Positions 33,030-43,556 are shown, counted from the first letter of the stretch. The stretch is 64,000 bases of DNA from an uncultured Gemmataceae bacterium (GCA_963750165.1 CAVVPN010000011.1:2176001-2240000), one strand, 5' to 3'. Numbers and translations are program-made. Notes: generated by a model from the letters alone, not told the origin.

Positions 33030-34624
33030 CTACCCCGCTTGCGGCCCCGCCGCGCGCACCTCCGCGCTCACTCCCGCCTCATACGCCTTGAAATTGTCGC
33101 GGAACAACTTCGCCAGCTTCCGCGCCGCCGCGTCGTAGGCCGCCGCGTCCGGCCAGGTGCCGCGCGGCTGCAACATCTCCGGCGGCAGGTGCGGGCACAC
33201 TGTCACCACGTCGAAGCCGAACACCGCGTCGCGCACCGTCGGCGCGTGCGCCAGCTGGCCGTTGTGGATGGCGTCAATGATCGCCCGTGTGTAACTCAGC
33301 TTCATGCGGCTGCCGATGCCGTGCGGGCCGCCGCTCCAACCCGTGTTCACCAGCCACACGTGCGTCTGGTGCTGCCGCATCTTCGCGGCCAGCAATTCCG
33401 CATATTTTCCGGGGTGCCACACCAGAAACGGGCCGCCGAAGCACGGCGAGAACGTCGCCTGCGGCTCGGTCACGCCCATTTCGGTGCCGGCCACCTTCGC
33501 CGTGTAGCCGCTGATGAAGTGGTACATCGCGTGCGCGGCGCTCAGCCGGCTCACCGGCGGCAGCACCCCGAAGGCGTCGCACGTCAGGAAAATCACGTCC
33601 GTCGGGTGGCCGGCCAGACACGGAATCCGGGCGTTGCGGATGAACTCGATCGGGTAAGCGCCGCGCGTGTTCTGCGTGATGCGCGTGTCGTGGAAATCGA
33701 CGTGCCGGTCCTCCTCGTTCAGGATGACGTTCTCCAGCACCGCCCCGAAGCGCAGCGCCTGAAAAATGTCCGGCTCCGACTCCGGCGTCAGGTCGATGGC
33801 CTTGGCGTAACAACCACCCTCAATGTTGAAAATGCCGTGATCGCTCCAGCAGTGCTCGTCGTCGCCGATGAGCAGCCGCTTCGGGTCCGCCGACAGCGTT
33901 GTCTTGCCGGTGCCGGACAGGCCGAACAGCACTGACGACCGCCCCGTGTGCCGATCCGCCGTCGCCGAGCAGTGCATCGACAAGATGCCGCGCTTCGGCA
34001 TCAGGTAGTTCATGATGGTGAAGACGCCCTTCTTCATCTCACCGGCGTATTCGGTGCCGAGGATGACCACCTCGCCGTCCTCGAAGCAGAGGTCGATACT
34101 CGTCTTGCTGGTCATGCCGGAGGTGTGGCGGTTGGCGGGGAATTCGCCGGCGTTGTAGATCACATAGTCCGGCTGGCCGTAGTGCTCCAGCTGCGGCCGC
34201 GTCGGCCGGATCAGCATCGTGTGCATGAACAGGGCGTGGTACGGCCGCGAACAGATGACGCGCACCTTGAGCTGATGCGCAGGGTCCCAGCCGGCGAAGC
34301 CGTCGAAGCAGAACAGCCGCTTGCGCGTGTTCAAATAATCGACGGCCCGCTCCCGGTTGATGGCGAACACGGCCGGCTCGATCGGCACGTTGACGTTGCC
34401 CCACCAGATGTCCTTTTCGGTCTGCGGCTGGCGGACGATGTGCTTGTCCTTCGGCGAGCGGCCGGTCTTGGCGCCGAGTAAGCGACCAGGGCGCCCGAGT
34501 CGGCGATGCGCGCGGCGGGGTCGTAGCGGATGGCCTCCTCGTACAGCCGCGACGGCGTCAGGTTGCGCCACACCTCCTCGACGGTGATGCCGTGCGGCTT
34601 CAGATCAACCTGGTGACTGCTCAT
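33030..34624 (-). CDS. pckA: Phosphoenolpyruvate carboxykinase (ATP) (frameshift near 34475)
   Basis: KTGRSPKDK, YAGEMKKG, MHCSA, FGLSGTGKTTLS, LIGDDEH, FNIEGGCYAK, WLVNTGW. Confidence 0.96.
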
Positions 34625-34669
34625 GAAAACCTCTTGTCCGCCAGCGCCAGGACGCATGCCGCCGCACGC

Positions 34670-36580
34670 TCACTTCGCCCCGCCCCACAACCGCACGGTG
34701 CCGTCCTGGCCGCCGCTCACCGCCCAGCGGCCGTCCTGGGCGAACGCCACGTCCCACACCTGGCCGTTGTGACCGGTCAGTTCCCGGACCTGCTGGCCGC
34801 TCTCCACGTCCCACAGCCGCACCGTGCCGTCCGCGCTCGCCGACAGGATGCGCCGGCCGTCCGGCGCGAACGCCACCGCGTTGACGTAGCCGGTGTGGCC
34901 CTTGAACGTCCGCAGCATCTTGCCGCTGTTCAGATCCCACAGGATCAGCGTCTTGTCCGTGCTACCGCTCACTGCCCGCCGGCCGTCCGGCGCGAACGCC
35001 ACGCTCATCACCGTGTCCTTGTGGCCCGTCAGCTTCTTCAACTCCAGGCCGCTGTCCACGTCCCACAGCCGTACCGTTTTGTCCAGGCTGCCCGACAGGG
35101 CGCGCTTGCCGTCCCGCGACAGATCGACGCTCCAGACAAAATGGTCGTGACCCACGAAACGCTTCAACTCGCTGCCAGTCTCGACACTCCACAGCCGCAC
35201 CGTTCGGTCGTCGCCGCCCGAGAGCACCCGCAGGCCATCCGCCGACAGCACCACGCTGCGCACGTAATCGTCGTGGCCGCTGAACTGCCGCACTTCGCGG
35301 CCGGTGAGCGCGTCCCACAGCCGAATGGTGCGGTCGAAGCCGCCCGACAGCACCCGTCGCCCATCCGGCGACATCGTCACCGCCCAGACGACGCCGTTGT
35401 GGCCGTTCAGGCGACGCTGCTCCTTGCCGCTGCGGCCGCCCCACACATGCACGGCGCTGTCGGCGCCGCCACCAGCGACGCGGCGGCCGTCCGCCGACAC
35501 GCCGACACCGTAGACCGGCCCCACCGCGCCCTCGAACTTCCGCACCTCGCCGGTGATCTCGCCACTGCGGTACTCCGCCGGCAGCAGCCCGTTGATGGTC
35601 TTCATGCGCACCTCAATGGTGCTGCGCGGCGGATCCTCGGATTGGAGGTACGCCTGCTGATACCACTGATAGGCGTGCAGCAGGAGCTGCGTCTTTTCCG
35701 CGGCGTTGGCCTTGCCGGCGCGCTTCCACCAGGCGTCGGCCAGGGCCAGCTGTTTCTCGGCGGCCTGCGGTTGCGCCAGATCCTGCTTCGCCAGGGTGGC
35801 CAGCGTTGGGTTGTCCGACCGGGCCAGCATTTCCAGGCCGCGGTCCCAGTTGCCCTTGATGAACGCCTGGTACTTGCCCATCACGAGGTTCGCTTTGGCG
35901 TCCTTTGGGTTCTTCCGCAGCGCGTCGGCGAAGGGCTTGAGTGGCGCGAACGCCTTTTGCAGCCGCTCCACCTCCTTCTGCCGCTTATCGACGCCGGTCA
36001 CCAGGGCGACGCTGCGGAGCTTGACGGCGGCAGCCCGGGCCGTGACTCCCAGCTCCCGGGCGACCTCATAGTCGTCGTCGTTCAGGGCGTCCTCCAGCAG
36101 CAGCAGGGCGGTGTCGAGGACGAACTGATAATTCTCCTTCGAGGCGGCGGCCTTGCTGGCCAGGCGTAGAATCCTGGTCTTCATGGCGAACGCCTCGGCC
36201 GGCTGGACGGCGAAGTGCAGCGACAGCTCCTCGATGGCCTGCAGCGCTGTGGTCACGTCGCCGGACAGCGCGGCCAGGTCGCGGGCGTCACGGAACAGGA
36301 CGTACTTGCCGGCCAGGTTGTCGTCGGTCAACCGACCCTCCTGGAGCAGCGTCGCAGCCAACCGACGGCGGGCGTTGTTGTCCGTCTGCGCCTTGGCGAA
36401 CTCGGCCTCGTAGACTTCCCGGACCAGAGCCTCGGCCTTCTTCTGGGCGGCCGGGCTCGGCACCGGCGTTTTCTTGCCGGGCTGGGCCGCGGACAGGGAC
36501 AGGGTACACGCCAGGGCGCAGCCGAGCAGGCCGGCCAGTAGGAGCCCACGGCAACCGCCGTCCGTTTTACGCGAACGCAT
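34670..36580 (-). CDS. Exported helical + WD40-repeat beta-propeller protein
   Basis: Signal peptide, helical N-terminal half, 7 WD40 repeats (GH..V..V..SPDG...LSGS.D.TVRLWD). Confidence 0.9.
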   Translation of the reverse strand: MRSRKTDGGCRGLLLAGLLGCALACTLSLSAAQPGKKTPVPSPAAQKKAEALVREVYEAEFAKAQTDNNARRRLAATLLQEGRLTDDNLAGKYVLFRDARDLAALSGDVTTALQAIEELSLHFAVQPAEAFAMKTRILRLASKAAASKENYQFVLDTALLLLEDALNDDDYEVARELGVTARAAAVKLRSVALVTGVDKRQKEVERLQKAFAPLKPFADALRKNPKDAKANLVMGKYQAFIKGNWDRGLEMLARSDNPTLATLAKQDLAQPQAAEKQLALADAWWKRAGKANAAEKTQLLLHAYQWYQQAYLQSEDPPRSTIEVRMKTINGLLPAEYRSGEITGEVRKFEGAVGPVYGVGVSADGRRVAGGGADSAVHVWGGRSGKEQRRLNGHNGVVWAVTMSPDGRRVLSGGFDRTIRLWDALTGREVRQFSGHDDYVRSVVLSADGLRVLSGGDDRTVRLWSVETGSELKRFVGHDHFVWSVDLSRDGKRALSGSLDKTVRLWDVDSGLELKKLTGHKDTVMSVAFAPDGRRAVSGSTDKTLILWDLNSGKMLRTFKGHTGYVNAVAFAPDGRRILSASADGTVRLWDVESGQQVRELTGHNGQVWDVAFAQDGRWAVSGGQDGTVRLWGGAK

Positions 36581-36667
36581 AACTCCCTCGCTTGCTGATC
36601 TCACAGGTGCTTCGTGATTGGGCTGTCGGGGATATTGTGGCAAGTTGCTCCGCGGAGACAACCGGGC

Positions 36668-36693
36668 GGTGGGGTGAGGGGGTGAGGGGGTGA
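36668..36693. repeat. Octamer tandem repeat (GGGGTGAG)x3
   Basis: Direct reading. Confidence 0.6.
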
Positions 36694-36708
36694 AAGAACG
36701 GAACCCTC

Positions 36709-37251
36709 TCACCCCACCGCCTCCGGCCACGGCCCCGGCGACCGTGGCGGTAGTTCCTCAAACTTGACCTCCTCCTTGAAGACGCGGAAACCGCGGCGCT
36801 CGTAATTGGCCAGCGCCCCCGGATGGTCGAGGTCGCAGGTGTGCAGCCAGACACGCGCTGCGCCGCGCTGCCAGGCGCGCTCGACCGCCGCGGTCAGCAG
36901 CGCTCCCCCCAGGCCGCAGCCGACGAAGCGCGGCAGTAGTCCGAAATACACGATCTCCACACTGCCGCCGGCCTGTTCCTCCAGCTCGAAGTAGCCCGCC
37001 GGGCTGCCGGCGACGTACGCCACCCACGTTTCCAGTTCGGGCCGGTCCAGGTAGGCGAGCCATTGTTGATACGTCCACGGCAGCCGGTCGAGCCAGTACC
37101 AGCCACCGCCGACCGCCGTGTATAGGAAGCGGTTCAACTCCGGCAGTGGGATTTCGGCGCGGCGGATGGTCAGTTCGGGCCGCGCTGGGCTCGGCCGCAA
37201 CTGGTCGCGGACGGTCATTTCCAGGTGTTTGACGGTGACAGCGGTGGCCAT
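36709..37251 (-). CDS. GNAT family N-acetyltransferase
   Basis: PAGYFEL, EIVYFGLLPRFVGCGLGG, VWLHTCDLDHPGALANYERRGF. Confidence 0.9.
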   Translation of the reverse strand: MATAVTVKHLEMTVRDQLRPSPARPELTIRRAEIPLPELNRFLYTAVGGGWYWLDRLPWTYQQWLAYLDRPELETWVAYVAGSPAGYFELEEQAGGSVEIVYFGLLPRFVGCGLGGALLTAAVERAWQRGAARVWLHTCDLDHPGALANYERRGFRVFKEEVKFEELPPRSPGPWPEAVG

Positions 37252-37333
37252 CGGTTGTCCTCTTCATGGCCGAAGGGCGCAGCGCCGACAGACGGGTTGG
37301 CACGGCCCGTCCTCGGCTGGCGTGGGTTGCCAC

Positions 37334-37385
37334 AGCAAGGGGGCCAAGGGGGCCAAGGGGGCCAACTTTTTCACACGTCGAGATT
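37334..37385 (-). repeat. Dispersed motif copy 3 of 6
   Basis: Reverse complement AATCTCGACGTGTGAAAAAGTTGGC (CCCCTTGGC)x2 CCCCTTGCT. Confidence 0.9.
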
Positions 37386-37541
37386 TGGCGCCCTTGCCTG
37401 GCAAACCGCGGTGGCCAACCGTCGGCGCACGACTTCCTGATTGGCGACGTGCTTCTGTTCGAGGATCCAGCGCAGCTGACAAAAATGAGTGAAAAGAGCC
37501 GAGCCCGGGATCGTTTCCCTGATTATTCACTCTTTCTATCT

Positions 37542-37576
37542 TTTTCGTGTTTTCGTCCTTTCGTGTTTTCGTGATT
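37542..37576. repeat. Octamer tandem repeat (TTTCGTGT-like)x4
   Basis: TTTCGTGT TTTCGTCC TTTCGTGT TTTCGTGA directly after a stop codon. Confidence 0.7.
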
Positions 37577-37578
37577 CG

Positions 37579-38805
37579 TCATTTCTTCGCCGCCGCGTCG
37601 TAGAAGAGCAGGTCGGCGTTGCGGAAGAAGATGCCGTTATTGGGCGGGTTGCCGAACGGCGCGTTGATCGCCAGCACCGCAAGCTGGATGGTCTCGCCCG
37701 GTTTGGCGCGGTCCGTCAGCTTCACCAGGTTCGAATAGTTGAAGCCGCTGATGGCGCCGCCGCCGCTCTTACCATACGCCAGGTCAATCTTGCCGTTGAC
37801 CCACACCTCGCCGTAGTCGTCCACGGTCGTGCGGAAGTACACCGCCTTGCCGGCCACGTCCTTGCCGTTCACCTTCTCCGGGATCGTCACCTGCATGCGA
37901 TACCAGGCCATGCTGAACTTGCCCTGCTCGAAGGACTTGTCCCACTTCTTCAAGACCTCCGGAGCCACCGCCTCCCATTGGCTGTCGTCGAACTTGCCGT
38001 GCGCCTTCGGCGCGATCTCGTTCTTCTTCGGCCCGGCGTGAACCTCGACGCGGTGCCGCCGCCATTCGCCCTTGATCGCGGCGGCACCCGTCTTCGTCAG
38101 CAGGTTGAGCCTGGCCACTTCCGTGCCCTTCGGCGGGCTGACCAGGTTGGGTTTGTTGGCGCCGCCGTCCGGGGCGTCGGGCGTGAAGAACTCCAGACCG
38201 GTGAAGCCGTGCAGGAAAATCTTGTTGCCCGGTGGGTTGCCCAGCGGGCCGTTGATGCCGAGCACGGCGATCTGGAACACATCGCCCGGTTTGGCGTCGC
38301 GTTTGGCCCCCTTGCCCTTGTCTGGCTTCTGCAAGCGGACGCGATTCACGGTGTTGAAGCCGCTGACCTCGCCGCGGCCGGTCTCGCCGACCTTGTGGTT
38401 CAGGGCGCCATCAACCCAGACCTCGCCGTAGTCGTCCACGACGGTGGAGAACCACACCGGGCCGCCCGCGAACTTCTTGCCGTTCACCATGTCCGGGATG
38501 GTGATCTTGAGGCGATACCAGCACCAGCAGTAGCCGCCGGCGCCGCGCCCGTTTTTGAGCGTCTCGGGTTTGAGCACCTCCCACTTGCTGTCGTCGAAGG
38601 TGCCGTGGGCCCTGGGCTCGATCCCGTTCTTCATCGGGCCGACACCGGTGGTCACATCGGCGTAGCGCCACTCACCCTTGACCTCCTCGACACCCTTGGT
38701 GGTGGCCAGGTTGATCTTGCCGACCAACCCGGGCTGCGCGTGGGCGACGCCCGCAAGCAGCAGTGCGGCCACGACGGCCAGGACGATGGTTCGGATGCGG
38801 AACAC
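37579..38805 (-). CDS. Secreted protein with two tandem GH2-N/galactose-binding-like domains
   Basis: Signal peptide; two copies of GEWR..AHG.FDDS.WE..WYR...TIP..VDDYGEVWV.G..Q.AVL.IN. Confidence 0.75.
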   Translation of the reverse strand: MFRIRTIVLAVVAALLLAGVAHAQPGLVGKINLATTKGVEEVKGEWRYADVTTGVGPMKNGIEPRAHGTFDDSKWEVLKPETLKNGRGAGGYCWCWYRLKITIPDMVNGKKFAGGPVWFSTVVDDYGEVWVDGALNHKVGETGRGEVSGFNTVNRVRLQKPDKGKGAKRDAKPGDVFQIAVLGINGPLGNPPGNKIFLHGFTGLEFFTPDAPDGGANKPNLVSPPKGTEVARLNLLTKTGAAAIKGEWRRHRVEVHAGPKKNEIAPKAHGKFDDSQWEAVAPEVLKKWDKSFEQGKFSMAWYRMQVTIPEKVNGKDVAGKAVYFRTTVDDYGEVWVNGKIDLAYGKSGGGAISGFNYSNLVKLTDRAKPGETIQLAVLAINAPFGNPPNNGIFFRNADLLFYDAAAKK

Positions 38806-38981
38806 GGAATGCCCCCTTTGCGGAAACGGACTGCGGGTGACTGTCAGGCTTGCGGATGAAGGTATCAGGTTTTACGGCGGACGCCAGGGGCAGTCGGCCG
38901 TCTTCTCTGGAAAACCGGACTGCCATGTGGGAAAATCAATACGATTACCGAACCGTCCCAAACAGACGCTGGAGGAAACCC

Positions 38982-39315
38982 ATGACGCGAATCACGATCG
39001 CAGATCCCCTGGCGGACCAGTTGCAGACGGTCTCGCAACCGGTCGAGCTGTGCGACGACGCCGGCCGTGTACTGGGCCAGTTCCTGCCAGCCCTCAACCC
39101 GTCGCAGTATGAGCCTTGCGAACCACCCATTATTGCAGATTGCGACTGGGTGTAGCGGAAGTCGCCAGACTTCCGAGCAGCACCGGACGGAAGTCTGGCG
39201 ACTTCCGCTACACCCAACTGCGAACCGCTCGAGCGATGAGGAGCTGGAACGACGGCGCCAATCCACGACCTGGTACACCACCGAAGAAGTGCTGAAATAT
39301 CTGGAGAGTCTTTGA
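38982..39315 (+). pseudogene. Small putative antitoxin interrupted by a 100-bp insertion
   Basis: Removing 39133-39232 restores a 77-aa ORF MTRITIAD..EPPISDEELERRRQSTTWYTTEEVLKYLESL*, whose stop overlaps the downstream ATG. Confidence 0.75.
39131..39232. mobile_element. TA-targeting palindromic mini-element (MITE/REPIN-like), copy A
   Basis: Core GTAGCGGAAGTCGCCAGACTTCCG..CGGAAGTCTGGCGACTTCCGCTAC identical to 45342-45443; flanked TA..GA. Confidence 0.85.
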
Positions 39316-39443
39316 TGTGCCGCATTCGCTGGGCACACGCAGCGCTGATGGACCTCGCCGCCTTCTGGGTCCGGGCGGATTCGACCCTGCGCCAGCAGAT
39401 CACCCGCGCTTCCTGGAGGCAGCTTGTCTGTTCCCGGGGGTGA
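39315..39443 (+). pseudogene. Truncated RelE/ParE-like toxin
   Basis: MCRIRWAHAALMDLAAFWVRADSTLRQQITRA resembles a RelE/ParE N-terminus; only 42 aa. Confidence 0.55.
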
Positions 39444-39474
39444 CGGTACATTGCAGGTGTTTTGAGGAAGCCGC

Positions 39475-39826
39475 GCTGGAGTGGCGGAATGGCAGACGCA
39501 TCGGACTTAGCGTGTTGAGCACCGGGGTGGGAAACCCCCCGCGTGAATTCAGTCGAAGTCGGGGAAACCTCTCCCCTGCCGGGGGTGGCAATCCCGAGCC
39601 AAGCTTGTTCCGGACGACGCCTCCGTGTCCGCGGCGCCGCCCCCAGGGCCGGCACCGTGCGAGGCGGAACAAGAAGGTGTAGAGACTTGGCGGCTGAGGC
39701 CTACGGGCGGACACCCACGGCCAAGGGAAAGTCCAGACCACGAACCGCAAGGGTGGCGAAAGCCATCGTGGTACGAAAATCCGAAGTCCCGTCAGGGGCG
39801 TGAGGGTTCGAGTCCCTCCTCCAGCA
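39475..39826 (+). tRNA. trnL: tRNA-Leu(UAA), exons 39475-39508 and 39776-39826, split by a group I intron
   Basis: Acceptor GCTGGAG/CTCCAGC-A, D arm GCGGAATGGCAGACGC, anticodon stem TCGGA/TCCGA with spliced loop CTT^AAAA, long variable arm, T arm GAGGGTTCGAGTCCCTC; 85 nt spliced, CCA not encoded. Confidence 0.95.
39509..39775 (+). ncRNA. Group I self-splicing intron (IC3-like), 267 nt, no ORF
   Basis: Follows exon U and ends in G; P AAGTCGGGGAAA (39556), Q AATCCCGAGCC (39590), R GTAGAGACT (39679), S AAGGGAAAGTCC (39723); P3 TCAGTCG/CGGCTGA; GAAA tetraloops in P2 and P9. Confidence 0.93.
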
Positions 39827-39858
39827 CTTCCCGTCCGCGGTCCCCGAACAGGTGCAAC

Positions 39859-40287
39859 ATGGCAGCACAATTCAACGAGGGCGGCATCCGCTTTCAATAC
39901 CCCGAGAACTGGCAGCTGGAGCGCGCGGAGCACGAGACCGGCTGGACGGTGTCGGTGCAGAGTCCGGGCACCGCGTTCCTGCTCATCACCGTCAACGTCG
40001 AGGGGCTGGAGCCCGTGCAGATGGTGGACACCGTGCTGGAGGCGATGCGCGACGACTACCCCGACCTGGAAGCGGACGAGTGCGTCGATACGCTGGCGGG
40101 CCAGCCGGCTGTCGGCCATGAGATGCGTTTCATCAGCCTTGACCTGACCAACACCTGCTGGACGCGCGGCATCTACACGCCGGAGGGCACCGCCCTGGTG
40201 ATGTGGCAAGCCAACGACCTGGATCTGGAAGAAACCGGGCCGGTGCTGCGGGCCATCTGTGCGTCACTGGAGGTGGACGAGGACTGA
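39859..40287 (+). CDS. Conserved hypothetical protein (PsbP/DcrB-like fold suspected)
   Basis: GIRFQYPENWQL start, acidic, good codon bias. Confidence 0.7.
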   Translation: MAAQFNEGGIRFQYPENWQLERAEHETGWTVSVQSPGTAFLLITVNVEGLEPVQMVDTVLEAMRDDYPDLEADECVDTLAGQPAVGHEMRFISLDLTNTCWTRGIYTPEGTALVMWQANDLDLEETGPVLRAICASLEVDED

Positions 40288-40296
40288 CGCGGTGCC

Positions 40297-40640
40297 TCAC
40301 CAGTCGGTGTCGGGGTACTGCTCCGGCGCCTTGCCGTGGCTCTCCAGGATGCGCGTTTTGGCCTTCCTGGGAAGCGGTTCTACGGACTCCAGCTTCACGT
40401 CAAACTGCCAGTTGTCGCCGAAGTCGTACACCAGTTTCAGCGACTGCCCGGGTTGCAGCGGTAGCTCGCCGATGTGGACTTCATTGGTGTACGGCCCCTC
40501 GTCCATGTACTCGTGGTAGACGCGCACTTCCCTGCCGAACGGATCGCGGTAAATGAACTCGTGCAGGTGCTCGTCGTCATGCGGAAGTCGCGCAGGATGG
40601 GGCCGGGCTGCTCCGCGGTGATGGCCTGGCCGTGGATACC
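40297..40640 (-). pseudogene. Plasmid pRiA4b ORF-3-like domain, C-terminal fragment
   Basis: DDEHLHEF, LVYDFGDNWQFDVKLE, ILESHGKAPEQYP; no intact N-terminus. Confidence 0.7.
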
Positions 40641-40780
40641 GCAAGTCCCTCCGGCGAGGTAGCTCATGGGTTTCCGCTGCCTTTTCCCGGTTTTCACTTG
40701 CAACCCGCGGTCGGCAGGGGATGATGGGGCGGCGGAAGACCACGGACAGTCATCACCATTCCGATCTCGGGAGGCGTCTG

Positions 40781-41293
40781 ATGAACACCCTGCGAACCCC
40801 CTGGCGGCTGACGATGTCGGCCGCGTGCGTGCTGGCGCTGCTGGCGCTGGCGAGCCCGGCCTGGACCGGTGGCGGCCAGGACAAGGACAAGGGCCAGGAA
40901 AAAGACAAGGACAAGGGCGAGACGAAGGGCCTGGGCAAGCCGTTCGAGCAGGTCACCCTGGACGCGGACGCGCTCGACAAGCAGTTCAAGGTGCTCAAGG
41001 TGAGCGGCAAGAACAATGAGCAGAGCTTCTACGTGCTGAGTTGCGCGCTGGTGGCGAAGCACAAACTGGACGTGGGGATGCTCAACGAACTGTTGACCAA
41101 GACGGAACTGCGCTTCTATGCTGGCGACATCATCGTCGGTCGCTACGTGCTGCAGCCGGCCGACCCCCAGCAGATGCAGCGTGGACTGGTCAAGGACGAG
41201 AAGATGGTCGTGCACGTGCAGCTGGCCCCGGACGCGGTGCGGAAGCTCGCGGAAGAGAAGCCGACCAGGGCGGCGCTGGTGAAAACCGAGTAA
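40781..41293 (+). CDS. Secreted hypothetical protein
   Basis: Signal peptide followed by a KDK-rich linker. Confidence 0.7.
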   Translation: MNTLRTPWRLTMSAACVLALLALASPAWTGGGQDKDKGQEKDKDKGETKGLGKPFEQVTLDADALDKQFKVLKVSGKNNEQSFYVLSCALVAKHKLDVGMLNELLTKTELRFYAGDIIVGRYVLQPADPQQMQRGLVKDEKMVVHVQLAPDAVRKLAEEKPTRAALVKTE

Positions 41294-41409
41294 AGCTGGG
41301 GTGAAGCCGGATCGAGCCGGGAACTGATCGGTAGGGGGGTGCGGATCGGTTCCCGGCGTCGTTTCCACGAACCGTCGAAAGAAACAGGCGCAGGTGGGCG
41401 CTGCTCATG

Positions 41410-42057
41410 TCATCCCCGGACTTCGTTGAAGAAGGCGTCGATGCGTTCCAGGAGTTGTGCCTCCGTGAGCTTGCCGTTGGGCCGGCACTTCATCATGTCC
41501 GCGCTGACGCACTGCTTCAACTCGTCCAGCCAGACCTGTCCTTTCTGGCCCGACCAGGCCGCCAGCGCGCCGCGCACCCGTGCCTTGTTCGCCTCGTGAA
41601 TCCTCTCGCCCGCAATTCCGGAAAGAGCCATGATGGCCACCCAGTTGGCGAGTTCGTCCAGGGGCGTGTCGGCCAGATTGCCCGCGGTCCATCATCGCCC
41701 AGAAGCATCCGTCGAAACGATCAGCTTGGTAATGTCCCCCTCGGCGTGCAGCCACTGGAGGATTTCCAGACACTGGGCCTGATAGGGCTCGCCGCCCTGT
41801 TCCGCGTCGCGGTCGGGCGCCAGCACCTCGAACGGCGGGGTCTTGTTCCAGCGCCGCTCGATCTCGGCGTAGACCAGGGTCAGGAACAGGTCATGTCCGT
41901 CGCTGGGCATGGGCGGCCCGGTCACGTAGATTTTGAACGGCTCCGGGTTCTCGATGACCGGGCGCGGGCGGGACCGGCCCAGCCAGTGCAGCAGTGCCAT
42001 CGACGGCCACAGGGCCAGGGTCCGACTGCCGTCCGCACAGGTGTACTCGATGCGCAT
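41410..42057 (-). CDS. Hypothetical protein (probably one gene with frameshifts near 41680-41705)
   Basis: The MRIEYT..LIVSTDA frame can be joined through FWAMMDRG to NLADTPLDELANWVAIMALSG..FFNEVRG*. Confidence 0.5.
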
Positions 42058-42126
42058 GGCTTCACGTCCCTCGGTAGGGTGACCACCGTTTTCACCGACG
42101 CGGAATGAGCCGGCAAGGACGCCAAT

Positions 42127-42167
42127 TCTCGACATGCAAAAAAGTTGGCGTTCTTGGCGTTCTTGCT
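42127..42167 (+). repeat. Dispersed motif copy 4 of 6
   Basis: TCTCGACATGCAAAAAAGTTGGC GTTCTTGGC GTTCTTGCT. Confidence 0.9.
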
Positions 42168-42235
42168 CTGTCAGGCGGCGCCACCCCATGCCCCGCCGTG
42201 CCGGCAGCGCCGGGCGCGAATCGGCATGAACGCCG

Positions 42236-43556
42236 TCAACTCCCGGCAGCCACTTCGCTCAGCGCCTGCCGCGCCGCCGTGATCGTCTGGTCGATGTGCT
42301 GCGCCGTCATCGCCGCGGACAGGAACGCCGCCTCAAACTGGCTGCACGGCAGATACACGCCGCGGTCCAGCATCGCCCAGAAGAATTTGCCGAAGCGTTT
42401 CACATCGCTCTTGCGCCGAGTCATAATCGGTCACCGGCGCCGCGCTGAAGAACAGCGTCCACATGCTGCCGACACGCGCCAGATGGAGTGGCACACCCGC
42501 GGCGCGCGCCGCCTGGCCCAGCCCCGCGACGAGCTTCTGCCCCAGCCTGTCCAGCCGCTCATACGGCGGCTGCTCCTTCAGTTCTTGCAGCGTCGCCAGG
42601 CCGGCGGCCATCGCCAGGGGGTTGCCGGACAGCGTGCCCGCCTGGAACACCGGCCCGGCCGGCATCACCTTGCTCATGATATCCGCCCGGCCGCCGTACG
42701 CACCCACCGGCAGGCCGCCGCCCACGATCTTGCCCAGCACCGTCAGGTCCGGCTGCTGCTTGAATAACTGCTGCGCCCCGCCCGGCGCCAGGCGGAAGCC
42801 GGTCATCACCTCGTCGTAGATCAGCAGACTGCCGTGCCGCAGCGTCAGGGCGCGTAACTCCGCCAGGAACCCCGGCGCCGGCATCACCAGGCCCATGTTG
42901 CCGGCCACTGGCTCCAGGATGACGCCGGCAATGCGGTCGCCGTGCGCCGCGAAAGCGGCGGTCAGGCCCCGCACGTCGTTGTAGCGCAGCAGCAGCGTGT
43001 CGGCGGTGCAGCCGACGGGCACGCCGGGGCTGTTCGGCACGCCCAGCGTCGTGGCGCTGGAGCCGGCCGCCACCAGCAGGCTATCGACGTGGCCGTGGTA
43101 GCAGCCGGCGAACTTGACGATCACATCGCGGCCGGTGAAGCCGCGCGCCAGCCGGATGGCGCTCATCGACGCCTCGGTGCCGCTGCTCACCATGCGCACC
43201 ATCTCAATCGACGGCACCAGTTCGATGATGAGCGCCGCCAGCTCGCTCTCCAGCTCGGTCGGGGCGCCGAAGGTGGCACCCTTGCGCAGCGCCGCCTCGA
43301 CTGCCTGGACCACGCGCGGGTGGCAGTGGCCCAGGATGAGCGGGCCCCAGGAGCCGCAGTAGTCGAGGTAGCGATGGCCGTCCACGTCGAAGAGGTACGG
43401 TCCCTCGCCGCGGTCGATGAACAGCGGCTGGCCGCCGACGCCACCGAAGGCGCGAGCGGGGCTGTTGACGCCGCCGGGGATCAGGTCACAGGCGCGGGCG
43501 AACGCCGCCCGGCTGCGCTCACGGGATGGTGCGGGGGGCACGGGGTACGTCTCCAT
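42236..43556 (-). CDS. hemL: Glutamate-1-semialdehyde 2,1-aminomutase (frameshift near 42415)
   Basis: [75 protein letters not shown]. Confidence 0.95.

Noticed and set aside
39509..39775. Homing endonuclease or protein-coding ORFs over the intron/tRNA
   Set aside because: The intron is only 267 nt, and the overlapping ORFs in the track have no LAGLIDADG, HNH or GIY-YIG motif.
39826..42100. Prophage or integrative element at the tRNA
   Set aside because: No integrase, no phage genes and no duplicated tRNA 3' end found in the window.
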